A stretch of DNA of 53,281 bases from an uncultured Kiloniellaceae bacterium (lineage in GTDB: Bacteria > Actinomycetota > Acidimicrobiia > Spongiisociales > UBA11373). The notes beneath the pieces were generated by a model that saw only the letters and a list, made by a program, of their open reading frames with translations, had not been told where the DNA came from and made no database searches. Below, one piece after another: positions 38,040-46,241 of this stretch (position 1 is the first letter of the stretch; each line of letters starts with the position of its first letter). Made by a program: the position numbers and the translations under genes. The stretch spans positions 1 to 53,281 of the forward strand of contig CAXMOL010000148.1 in the NCBI GenBank assembly GCA_964194935.1, in the 5' to 3' direction.

Positions 38040-39155
38040 TCAGCCCTGGCGGTGGATCGCGCCTTCGGCGACCCAGCCCTCGGCGCCTTCGGCGGCGACC
38101 ACATGTGCCCAGCCGCTCAGGGTTCGTTTTGCCAGGTACCAGTTGCCCGGCGCCAGTTCGGCAATCGTCTTCGTGTGGTCGGTGAGGTCGAATACATCGG
38201 TGGGGGCCATCACATAGCACCAGTAAGGCCCGCTCCGCGGCACGGGTTGAGGCACGTGTTCGGTGGCTGTTTGGTCGGTCATCTTGTCGGTGTCCGGATC
38301 TGGAGCCGCGGGTTCGTCCGTAGTTTCCGATTTCGGCTGAGCTGACGGCTCGGATGGATGAGCCGGCGCAGCCGGCGGAGCGGGTACAGCCGGCGGAGCG
38401 GGTACAGCCTTTGGCGCCGAAGGCGCGGGCTCCGGCTTAGAACTTTGGCGGGCAGCAGGAATGCTGCCTGATCGCTGCTCCTCTCGCCGCTGTTGCTTGA
38501 TTGTCGGATTGATCAGGGAAGCGAGGATGAAGCCCAGCCCTGCTGTGGCCGCGGCGATGCCGGCCAAGGACGGATAGGAGACCTGGAATCGTCCGAACTC
38601 CTGACCGATGAGGGTTAGACCGGCTCCGGTGGCGATGCCGCCCAACGCCGCTGCCGACCGGGCCCAACGTCGGCGCGATGCAATTGCGCCGAGTTGACCG
38701 GTGATGCCTCCAAGGGCCAATCCCAGCGCGGTGAGCCCGGTCAGCGTGGCGAGCGGGAATCGTCCGGATACCCGAACCCAGACCGAGGCGGTGCATCCGT
38801 CTGTGGAGCCTTCGGCGCGGAACAGGCCGACTCCGTATGGACTCACGTCGTCGAGCGTGATAGTTGCGAGGAACTCCTGCTCCGGAGTCGCGTAGGTGGT
38901 GGTGTTCGACTCCACTGTGACCGGCCCGATGATCATCTTTAGTTCTGCTGACCTGGTTCCCGCGGGATCTGACCCTGAGAAGATGAGAGTGTCGTCGGTG
39001 TTCAGTTCGAGTGGGCTACTGAGCGAGTCGATTCGATCCGCCTCGACACCATTGAAATCGACGGTGCACGATCCGGATACCTGGGCCTGCGCAGGGGTCG
39101 CTCCGATGAGCACCGCACTACACACGAGCAAGAACGAGGAGAGTCTCCGAGCCAC
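38040..39155 (-). CDS. Membrane protein: signal peptide, beta-rich domain, about 3 TM, Pro-rich linker, C-terminal SH3-like domain
   Basis: 'PAQA|QVSG' cleavage-like site, Gly-rich TM helices and 'GWAHV....EGWV' SH3b-like tail. Start moved to GTG 39155 (TATCGT 6 nt upstream). Confidence 0.7.
   Translation of the reverse strand: MARRLSSFLLVCSAVLIGATPAQAQVSGSCTVDFNGVEADRIDSLSSPLELNTDDTLIFSGSDPAGTRSAELKMIIGPVTVESNTTTYATPEQEFLATITLDDVSPYGVGLFRAEGSTDGCTASVWVRVSGRFPLATLTGLTALGLALGGITGQLGAIASRRRWARSAAALGGIATGAGLTLIGQEFGRFQVSYPSLAGIAAATAGLGFILASLINPTIKQQRREEQRSGSIPAARQSSKPEPAPSAPKAVPAPPAVPAPPAAPAHPSEPSAQPKSETTDEPAAPDPDTDKMTDQTATEHVPQPVPRSGPYWCYVMAPTDVFDLTDHTKTIAELAPGNWYLAKRTLSGWAHVVAAEGAEGWVAEGAIHRQG
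38369..38404. repeat. 18-bp tandem duplication in the Pro-rich linker
   Basis: CAGCCGGCGGAGCGGGTA x2 (AVPAPP repeats on the minus strand). Confidence 0.85.
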
Positions 39156-39207
39156 CCGGTGACGATACAGGGCGGTTTCACAGTCGGTGCGCCGATACTC
39201 TCCGTCT

Positions 39208-39960
39208 GTGCGCATAACGATTGTCACTCTGTTTCCGGCCTTCTTCGACTCGCCGCTCGATGTCAGCATCGTCGGTCGAGCGATTGAGGCTGGGTTGATC
39301 GACCTCGACATCGTCGATCTCAGACAGCATGGACTGGGTCCGCATCGACAGGTGGATGACGCACCGTTCGGGGGTGGACCCGGCATGGTGATGATGGTCG
39401 AACCGCTCGCCACAGCGCTAAAGCCGTTGAATGATTCTCATCGCGTGTTGCTGACGCCGGGTGGTGATCCAATGACCCAGGACCACCTCGATCGTTGGGC
39501 GCAAGCCCCTCATCTCACTTTGGTGTGTGGCCGTTTCGAAGGAGTCGATGAGCGGGTTGCCGAACATCTGATCGACGAGCAGGTCTCGCTGGGGGACTTC
39601 GTGATCGCCGGAGGCGAAGCGGCTGCCGTTGCAATTGTTGAGGGAGTTGCCCGTCTGCTTCCGGGGGTCATTGGGAATCCTGAGTCGACTGAATCGGAGA
39701 GCTTCCGCGATGGACTGCTGGAGGAAGCGCAGTACACCAGGCCGGCGGAGTACCAGGGGTGGTCCGTTCCCGAGATTCTGCTGAGCGGTGACCACGGCAG
39801 GATCGCCCAATGGCGCCACCAACAGCGCCTGGAGCGCACCAAGCGCCGCCGCCCCGATCTCGTTGAAGAATTCGTCGTGACCGAGAGGGAAGGGTATGAT
39901 CCGGCGGCGCCGGACGGCCGTCCGCGCTCCTCCGAAGGGACTCCCGATGAACACGCTTGA
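39208..39960 (+). CDS. trmD: tRNA (guanine37-N1)-methyltransferase
   Basis: [38 protein letters not shown] and LLSGDH. Confidence 0.96.
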   Translation: MRITIVTLFPAFFDSPLDVSIVGRAIEAGLIDLDIVDLRQHGLGPHRQVDDAPFGGGPGMVMMVEPLATALKPLNDSHRVLLTPGGDPMTQDHLDRWAQAPHLTLVCGRFEGVDERVAEHLIDEQVSLGDFVIAGGEAAAVAIVEGVARLLPGVIGNPESTESESFRDGLLEEAQYTRPAEYQGWSVPEILLSGDHGRIAQWRHQQRLERTKRRRPDLVEEFVVTEREGYDPAAPDGRPRSSEGTPDEHA

Positions 39961-40294
39961 CCAGGTCGAGGCTGAATTCCTCCGCGACGACATTCCTGAT
40001 TTCAGCCCCGGGGACAACGTAAAAGTCCACGTGCGAGTTGTCGAAGGCGGTCGCGAGCGCGTTCAGGTGTTCGAGGGTGCCGTGATCTCCCGTGATGGCG
40101 GAGGCCTCAGCGAGACCTTTGCGGTCCGCAAGATCAGTTTTGGTGTCGGGGTCGAGCGGATCTTCCCGCTGCACGCACCGATCATTCACGAAATCGAAGT
40201 GACTCGGCGAGGCGACGTTCGCAGAGCAAAGCTCTACTACCTGCGCGACCGGGTCGGCAAGTCCGCTCGCATCAAGGAGAAGCGGGACTCCTAG
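39947..40294 (+). CDS. rplS: 50S ribosomal protein L19
   Basis: [35 protein letters not shown] and [10 protein letters not shown]. Confidence 0.97.
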   Translation: MNTLDQVEAEFLRDDIPDFSPGDNVKVHVRVVEGGRERVQVFEGAVISRDGGGLSETFAVRKISFGVGVERIFPLHAPIIHEIEVTRRGDVRRAKLYYLRDRVGKSARIKEKRDS

Positions 40295-40333
40295 CGGCTG
40301 CTCGCAGCAGCGGGTCCCCGGTAATCTCCAGCC

Positions 40334-41086
40334 GTGCCCACCGACCCAACCGATTTCCCGACGGCGGATCAGTTCGACCAGGCTGATCCGGTCGTCGAGG
40401 CTTTGACGCCGTTCGGTGGTGACCCGCCGTCTGACCCTTTCCAAGTAGATCCTGAGACGGAAGCTCTGCGCGTCGCGGCGCGACTTCGTAGCAAGAAGGC
40501 AGACGCCACACGAGCGTTTTGGAAGGAACTCCCGGTTCTCATCGTTGTGGCGCTGGTTGTTGCGGTTCTCATCAAGACGTTCCTCGTGCAGGCGTTCTTT
40601 ATCCCGTCTGCCTCGATGCGTGACACGCTGCTCGAGGGTGATCGGGTGATGGTCAACAAGCTCGCGTACCGATTCGGCGATCCCGGTCATGGTGACGTGG
40701 TCGTGTTCGACTCACCGCTTGGAGAACCGAGCGATGGCGAGAACTTGCTCGGAGCCGTGTTTCGCAACATCGGGGAGTCGCTCGGATTGTCTACCCCGGA
40801 CACCGCGTTGATCAAACGTGTCATCGCCTTGGGCGGCGACACGATCGAGATTCGGGACAACACCGTCTTTGTCAACGGCTCGCCCATCGATGAGCCATAT
40901 CTGAGCCCGACGGTGCAAATGCCCGACTTCGGGCCATTGGAGGTTCCTGCCGATCACCTGTTCATGATGGGGGACAACCGGAACCAGAGCGAGGACAGCA
41001 GGAGATTCGGTCCGGTCCCCGAGTCGTCTGTCATCGGTCGAGCGTTTGTTCGTGTCTGGCCGCCAAGCAGGTGGGGAGGACTGTGA
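40334..41086 (+). CDS. lepB: Signal peptidase I
   Basis: IPSASM..TL..GDRV (Ser), LIKRVI (Lys) and GDNRNQSEDSR. Confidence 0.94.
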   Translation: MPTDPTDFPTADQFDQADPVVEALTPFGGDPPSDPFQVDPETEALRVAARLRSKKADATRAFWKELPVLIVVALVVAVLIKTFLVQAFFIPSASMRDTLLEGDRVMVNKLAYRFGDPGHGDVVVFDSPLGEPSDGENLLGAVFRNIGESLGLSTPDTALIKRVIALGGDTIEIRDNTVFVNGSPIDEPYLSPTVQMPDFGPLEVPADHLFMMGDNRNQSEDSRRFGPVPESSVIGRAFVRVWPPSRWGGL

Positions 41087-41204
41087 GGAGTGCTCAATCC
41101 TTGTCCTACCTCTGGCTCACATTGGTGTTGAACACGCAGAACGCAGGATCGGCGGCAGGGTTACCATCCCCGCTCGATCACATTGTGGGCCCGCAGGAGA
41201 GGCG

Positions 41205-41519
41205 ATGAGCGAAGAAGACCTCGAGCGATACGAATCCGATGTCGAGCTCCAGATCTATCGCGAGTACCGCGACGTGCTCCCGATGTTTCGCTATGTCGTC
41301 GAAACTGAGCGTCGCTTCTACCTGGCCAACGGTGTCGACATGAAGACCCAGCAGGCCGGGAGTTCCGTGTTCTTCGAAATCGAACTCGAGGATGCATGGG
41401 TATGGGATATGTATCGACCGGCTCGGTTCCTCAAGAAGGTCACGGTGCTCACCTTCCGCGACGTAAACGTCGAGGAAGTGGAACACCCCGATCTCGAGCT
41501 GCCCACCGACGACGCCTAG
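41205..41519 (+). CDS. DUF2469 family protein
   Basis: 'MSEEDLERYE..ELQIYREYRDV...YVVETERRFYLAN...DAWVWDMYRPARF' is an actinobacterial signature. Confidence 0.92.
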   Translation: MSEEDLERYESDVELQIYREYRDVLPMFRYVVETERRFYLANGVDMKTQQAGSSVFFEIELEDAWVWDMYRPARFLKKVTVLTFRDVNVEEVEHPDLELPTDDA

Positions 41520-41818
41520 GCGACTTCGGCGAGGAGATTGCGGCGCGGTTTCTCGTGCAAAGAGGTTGTGCCGTTCTCGGACGCAACATCCGGGCCGGCC
41601 GTGGAGAAATCGACTTGATCGTCAAGGACGGAAGCGTGATTGTTGCCGTCGAAGTAAAGACAGGCACGACCGCGTTCGAACACTTCACCGATGCCAAGGT
41701 CGAAACTCTTCGTCGAACGATGCAGCGGCTGCGCCCCTCGCCTCGCCGTCTTGATCTCATCACCGTCACGCCCCATGCAGGGCGCGCCACGATCCGCTGG
41801 TACCGCGACGCCGGCTAG
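41396..41818 (+). CDS. yraN: YraN family (UPF0102) nuclease-like protein; start uncertain
   Basis: 'LGDFGEEIAARFL..G..VLGRN.R..RGEIDLI...VAVEVKT'. The only in-frame ATGs (41396/41402) lie deep inside DUF2469. Confidence 0.75.
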   Translation: MGMGYVSTGSVPQEGHGAHLPRRKRRGSGTPRSRAAHRRRLGDFGEEIAARFLVQRGCAVLGRNIRAGRGEIDLIVKDGSVIVAVEVKTGTTAFEHFTDAKVETLRRTMQRLRPSPRRLDLITVTPHAGRATIRWYRDAG

Positions 41819-42018
41819 CGACCGTGGCGTCGACGCTGCTCCAAATACCAGCACCCCCGGTGCCAGTGGCGACGCAGATCGGGCTCGAATTCTGGAACGA
41901 CGACAAAGTGACCCTCACCGGCCTCGATGTTTCCATCACATCCGGGGCAGACGTAGCGCTTGCGGGCGGCGTACGGCTGGACCGGGGTGACGACCTCTAC
42001 CCCGAAAGAGTGGCCCAC
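41815..42018 (-). CDS. Small CxxC...HxxC zinc-finger-like protein (conserved actinobacterial family)
   Basis: 'ARKRYVCPGCDGNIEAGEGHFVVVP...DLRRHWHRGCW'. Nearest in-frame start is GTG 42018. Confidence 0.7.
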   Translation of the reverse strand: MGHSFGVEVVTPVQPYAARKRYVCPGCDGNIEAGEGHFVVVPEFEPDLRRHWHRGCWYLEQRRRHGR

Positions 42019-42110
42019 GCCAGAAGCACCACGACGACGAGCAAGGTCCCGACGATCATGACGATGTCGATTGCAGACTTTTGCTGGGAGCGGAAGGGGT
42101 TGAAGCCCAT
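41997..42110 (-). CDS. 37-aa single-TM microprotein
   Basis: MGFNPFRSQQKSAIDIVMIVGTLLVVVVLLAWATLSG. TACCAT -10 lies 7 nt upstream of the ATG. Confidence 0.6.
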   Translation of the reverse strand: MGFNPFRSQQKSAIDIVMIVGTLLVVVVLLAWATLSG

Positions 42111-42144
42111 GAGCGGCATGGTAGGTGCCGGTATTGTTCCTGCC

Positions 42145-42912
42145 ATGTTCGTGGTGAGCGACGACAAGGCGATCCGCACTCTGACCATCGATAACCCGTC
42201 GCGTCGTAATGCGATTCCGGCCGATCAATGGGGCGCATTGGCCGATGCTTTGGAGGCATTTGAGGATTCGGATGCCCGTGTTCTGGTCATCATCGGTTCC
42301 GGTGGGAACTTCTGTTCTGGTCTCGATGTGGGCTCGAGCACGTCTGTGGGTGGCGTCAGTTCCTGGTACCAATCGATGTCGGAGCTCGGTCGAGCCACGC
42401 GGGCACTCCATGCGACGACGAAACCAACAGTTGCGGCTGTGGATGGAGTCGCGGCCGGAGCCGGAATGAACCTTGCGCTTGGATGCGACATCCTGCTGGC
42501 CACCGACCGGGCCCGCTTTACGGAAATATTCGTAAAGCGCGGGTTGACCGTCGACTTCGGCGGCAGCTGGCTGCTACCGCGAAGGGTTGGGATTGCCAGG
42601 GCGAAGGAGCTTGCGTTGACCGGGCGCATCATCTCGGCGGCGGAGGCGCTCGAATACGGGATCGCCACCCGGGTCGTGCCGATTGAAGAATTGTCTGCTG
42701 AGGTCGAGACTTTGGCTACGGATCTGGCAGCGGGCGCCCCGCTGGCGCAGCGTTTTATCAAGGCCGGGTTGGATCGCTCGTTCGAGATGTCTTTCGATGA
42801 AGCCCTTGCCTACGAGGCTCAGGCGCAGGCCATCCTGCTGACGTCCGAAGACGCCGTAGAGGGGCTGATCTCATTTCTGGAGAAGCGGCCACCGGACTTC
42901 AAGGGCAGCTGA
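42145..42912 (+). CDS. Enoyl-CoA hydratase/isomerase (crotonase, PaaG-like)
   Basis: FCSGLD, KPTVAAVDGVAAGAGMNLALGCD, GLTVDFGGSWLLPR and FLEKRPPDF. Start moved to ATG 42145. Confidence 0.9.
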   Translation: MFVVSDDKAIRTLTIDNPSRRNAIPADQWGALADALEAFEDSDARVLVIIGSGGNFCSGLDVGSSTSVGGVSSWYQSMSELGRATRALHATTKPTVAAVDGVAAGAGMNLALGCDILLATDRARFTEIFVKRGLTVDFGGSWLLPRRVGIARAKELALTGRIISAAEALEYGIATRVVPIEELSAEVETLATDLAAGAPLAQRFIKAGLDRSFEMSFDEALAYEAQAQAILLTSEDAVEGLISFLEKRPPDFKGS

Positions 42913-42966
42913 TACCTATCGGTCTCGGGTTGGAGCGGCCCGCCGTCAAGACGCCTGTCTAGACCC

Positions 42967-42988
42967 AGTCACACCCGCTCCATATCTT
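42967..42988 (+). promoter_or_regulatory. Possible RecA-NDp/PafBC-type promoter (aGTCACAC-N8-TATCTT)
   Basis: The 12-nt GTC-to-TAnnnT spacing equals that of tGTCRGTG-N8-TAnnnT. The comM GTG follows 6 nt later. Confidence 0.35.
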
Positions 42989-42994
42989 GACAGT

Positions 42995-44473
42995 GTGTTT
43001 GCGTCCGTAACTTCGTCGGCCCTGGTGGGCGTCGAACCCTGTCCGGTCCGAGTCGAGGCACACGTCTCGGGTACGGGCAAGTCGGTCTTTACCATCGTCG
43101 GTCTCCCCGACGCGGCTGTGCGGGAGGCTCGGGAGCGGGTTCGCTCTGCGATGTTGGCGAGCGGGTTCCCCTTCCCCGCGGGCCGGGTGACAGTCAATCT
43201 CGCCCCTGCCGATCTTCCCAAGGTGGGATCGGCTTACGACCTCCCCATCGCGCTGGGATTGCTCGCAGCCGCTCGAACGATCCCACCGGGGGTGTGCGAT
43301 GTGGTCGCCCTCGGAGAGTTGGCTCTCGACGGATCGGTAAGGGGGCAGCGGGGCTCGCTCGCCGCTGGGATCGTTGCCCGCCGCCGGGGGCTGCGTTGTG
43401 TGGTCGCTGCTGATGGAGCGGCGGAGGCGGCACTGGCGGGTGGCGACGTTTGTGGAGTCGCTTCGCTGGCTGAAGCTGTGGTGGGGGCGGTCGCCGAGCC
43501 TGCTGAGGTCGGCGAGTTCCAACCCCAACCGTCACAGGCGATCGATGAGGCCACGCTCGATTTAGCTGCGGTTCGCGGCCAGCCGGTTGCTCGGCGGGCT
43601 CTGGAGATCGCCGCCGCCGGCGGACACCATCTGCTGCTGAGCGGTCCACCCGGCTCGGGAAAGACGATGTTGGCTAGATCGCTGCCCACGGTCCTGCCGG
43701 ATCTCGATAAGGAGGAACAACTCGATGTCGCCCGCGCCAGGGCGGCTGGTGGGCGGCCGCCGCTGCTGTCGACGCGTCCTCCGTTTCGTACCCCGCACCA
43801 CAGCGCCACAACGGCAGCGATCCTTGGAGGTGGATCCGGTGTCCCGGTCCCGGGAGAACTGACGCTGGCGGATCGTGGTGTGTTGTTTCTCGATGAATTG
43901 GCTGAGTTTCCGCCACATCTGCTCGATTCGCTGCGACAGCCGATAGAGGAAGGCGTCGTCCACGTGGCCCGCAAGGGAATATCTGTGGCGTTTCCGGCTC
44001 GCGTCCAGTTGGTAGCTGCGACCAATCCGTGCCCGTGCGGCTACCTGGGAGATGAACGCCGTCCTTGCCGCTGCTCGTCTGGCGTTGTTGAACGGTATCG
44101 GCGCCGGCTCAGCGGCCCGCTCATCGACCGTTTCGATCTTCGAGTCTCCGTTCCACGAGTTGCGGCCGATCAGTTGGGCGGCCCGCCCGGGGAGGGTTCG
44201 GCTGCCGTTCGTCGGCGGGTCCTGGGAGCAAGACGGGCTCAATCCGAGCGGAGCCGACTCAACTGCCATCTCGATCGGCCGGCTCTCGATGCGATGTCAT
44301 GGTCGACCAAGGCTCAGGCAGAGCTCCGCCGCGGAGTCGATGTTCTCGGTCTGACCGGACGGGGTTGGGATCGGGTTCGTCGAGTCGCCCGGACCATCGC
44401 CGATCTCGATGGGAGGTCTCCGATCGAGGTGGGTGATGTGGCGCAGGCCTTGGATCTGAGGGGTGAATTGTGA
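42995..44473 (+). CDS. comM: YifB/ComM Mg-chelatase-like AAA+ ATPase
   Basis: GLPDAAVREARERV, VNLAPADLPK.GS.YDLPIA, GPPGSGKT, LFLDELAEF, NPCPCG and SGPLIDRFD. Confidence 0.93.
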   Translation: MFASVTSSALVGVEPCPVRVEAHVSGTGKSVFTIVGLPDAAVREARERVRSAMLASGFPFPAGRVTVNLAPADLPKVGSAYDLPIALGLLAAARTIPPGVCDVVALGELALDGSVRGQRGSLAAGIVARRRGLRCVVAADGAAEAALAGGDVCGVASLAEAVVGAVAEPAEVGEFQPQPSQAIDEATLDLAAVRGQPVARRALEIAAAGGHHLLLSGPPGSGKTMLARSLPTVLPDLDKEEQLDVARARAAGGRPPLLSTRPPFRTPHHSATTAAILGGGSGVPVPGELTLADRGVLFLDELAEFPPHLLDSLRQPIEEGVVHVARKGISVAFPARVQLVAATNPCPCGYLGDERRPCRCSSGVVERYRRRLSGPLIDRFDLRVSVPRVAADQLGGPPGEGSAAVRRRVLGARRAQSERSRLNCHLDRPALDAMSWSTKAQAELRRGVDVLGLTGRGWDRVRRVARTIADLDGRSPIEVGDVAQALDLRGEL

Positions 44474-45303
44474 GTTCCGATGCATGCCTGCGACTCGCGT
44501 TTCTCGGCCTGCATCCCGAGCGGGTGCAGCGTCTGTTGGAACGCCATGGAACCGCTGATCGGGTAGTCACTGCAGTCGAATCTGGAGTCGAGGCCGTTGC
44601 TAACCCGCTGCTTGGTGCCGACGAGTGCCGGCTGAGAGTCGCCGGTGCCGGAGTCGCCTTCGATGTCGCCGCCAACGCACCATGGGCGACATCGTTTGGG
44701 CATGTGGCCGATCCCCCTTTGTGGCTGTTCAGGGAGGGGGTACTGCCGACCGAGAGGCGAATCGCCATCGTGGGGACCAGGCGGTGCACCGAGTACGGCA
44801 GGAGACTCGCTTTCGAGTTCGGTGCCGCGTGTGTTGGCGCCGGGTGGGTCGTCGTGTCCGGATTAGCTCGAGGCATTGATGGTGCTGCCCACCGTGGGGC
44901 GGTGGCAGCCGGCGGACGGACGGTGGCTGTCCTTGGGTGTGGATCCGACGTCAGCTATCCACGTCAGCATGCGTCGCTGCGGTCCGACCTCCTTGCTACA
45001 GGTGGGAGCGTCGTCACGGAATATCCTCCTGGGGCGTCGCCCCTGGCATGGCGGTTTCCTCCTCGAAACAGGATCATCTCGGGACTGTCGACTGCGGTTG
45101 TAGTGGTTGAGTCAGCGGCGACCGGAGGGTCGCTCAGCACTGCGGCTCGCGCCGTGGCTCAGAACCGAACGGTGTTTGCGGTTCCGGGGGACGTGGATCG
45201 AACGGCTTCGGTCGGGTGCAATCTCCTTATTCGCGATGGAGCGATACCCGCACTGGGCGCTGATGACCTGGTTGAAGCCTTGAGCGTTGTTGCCGATGTG
45301 TGA
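44470..45303 (+). CDS. dprA: DNA-processing protein DprA (short, no C-terminal winged helix)
   Basis: AIVGTR..T.YG, VSGLARGIDGAAH, FPPRNRIISGL and SVGCNLLIRDGA. Confidence 0.93.
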   Translation: MSSDACLRLAFLGLHPERVQRLLERHGTADRVVTAVESGVEAVANPLLGADECRLRVAGAGVAFDVAANAPWATSFGHVADPPLWLFREGVLPTERRIAIVGTRRCTEYGRRLAFEFGAACVGAGWVVVSGLARGIDGAAHRGAVAAGGRTVAVLGCGSDVSYPRQHASLRSDLLATGGSVVTEYPPGASPLAWRFPPRNRIISGLSTAVVVVESAATGGSLSTAARAVAQNRTVFAVPGDVDRTASVGCNLLIRDGAIPALGADDLVEALSVVADV

Positions 45304-45312
45304 CTTCGGTTG

Positions 45313-45341
45313 TTGACCCGTTTGCGAGGAACGGCCACGAT
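45313..45341 (+). promoter_or_regulatory. Housekeeping sigma promoter TTGACC-N17-CACGAT for xerC-whiG (leaderless)
   Basis: -35 at 45313-45318, -10 at 45336-45341, GTG start 6 nt later. Confidence 0.6.
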
Positions 45342-45347
45342 GGGTGA

Positions 45348-46241
45348 GTGAGCGACGACTCGAACCTTCCAAGCTGGGCAAGCCACGCCGTGGAGTCGTT
45401 TCTGGATCGCATGGTCACCGAGCGCGGGTTGTCACCTCACACGGTCGATGCCTACCGCAACGACCTTGCCCAATTCTTCGGATTTGCAGCCAGATACGGC
45501 GTCACCGATCTCGATGGGGTCGATCGCAATGTGTTACGTCGTTTCCACGCCAACTTGCTGACCAGGGGCTACGCGCCGCGATCGGTCGCCCGTAAGGCCT
45601 CCGCAGTCAGATCGTTCTACTCGGACGCCATCAAAAGGGGCATCACCGATTCTGACCCTTCCGCCTCACTACCGACCCGCAAACGTCCGCAGCGCCTTCC
45701 TCGGCCTATGCAGGCGGGGACGCTCGCAGACTTGCTCGATTCGCTCGATGGCGATGACCCGATCTCGTTGCGGGATCGAGCACTTCTCGAGGTGTTGTAT
45801 GGCACCGGGATGCGGGTCTCCGAACTCGCCGGCCTGAGTGTGGCCGACGTGGAGGGTGTCGAGCTGGTGCAGGTGCGGGGCAAGGGAGGACGCGACAGGG
45901 TTGTTCCGCTCGCCGGACCGGCTCGCGAGGCGGTTGATCGGTATTTGGCTGCCGGGCGCCCGTCACTCAACAGATCGAGGCCGACCGAGGCGTTGTGGAT
46001 CGGGGCGCGCGGCGGTCGACTCGATACCAGGGGAGTGCGTCGGGTGGCCAAGGCTCGCCTCGGAACCTTTCCCCACGCCCTACGACATTCCTTTGCGACT
46101 CATCTCCTTGAAGGGGGTGCGGACCTGAGAACCGTGCAGGAGCTTCTAGGCCACGTTGAACTTGCGACCACCCAGATTTACACTGCTGTGTCCCGCCGTC
46201 ACCTGAAGGCGACATATGAGCGATCGCATCCGCGCGCCTGA
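45348..46241 (+). CDS. xerC: Tyrosine recombinase XerC
   Basis: YGTGMRVSEL, GKGGRDRVVP, HALRHSFATHLL and LLGH..LATTQIY. Conserved position after dprA. Confidence 0.9.
   Translation: MSDDSNLPSWASHAVESFLDRMVTERGLSPHTVDAYRNDLAQFFGFAARYGVTDLDGVDRNVLRRFHANLLTRGYAPRSVARKASAVRSFYSDAIKRGITDSDPSASLPTRKRPQRLPRPMQAGTLADLLDSLDGDDPISLRDRALLEVLYGTGMRVSELAGLSVADVEGVELVQVRGKGGRDRVVPLAGPAREAVDRYLAAGRPSLNRSRPTEALWIGARGGRLDTRGVRRVAKARLGTFPHALRHSFATHLLEGGADLRTVQELLGHVELATTQIYTAVSRRHLKATYERSHPRA

Noticed and set aside
39183-39201. GTCGGTG and GCCGATAC upstream of trmD as a PafBC or sigma28 promoter
   Set aside because: Spacing to TACTCT is N6 rather than N8, and there is no sigma28-like -35. A plain housekeeping -10 explains the site.
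40297-40311. Hairpin GCTGCT-cgc-AGCAGC after rplS as a terminator
   Set aside because: Only a 6-bp stem with no U-tract, too weak to call.
41125-41135. Palindrome GTGTTGAACAC upstream of DUF2469 as an operator
   Set aside because: A short single instance with no second copy or assignable regulator.
45348-46241. Tyrosine recombinase as a phage or island integrase
   Set aside because: Size, motifs and the dprA-xerC-rpsB context match housekeeping XerC. No att repeats or tRNA nearby.
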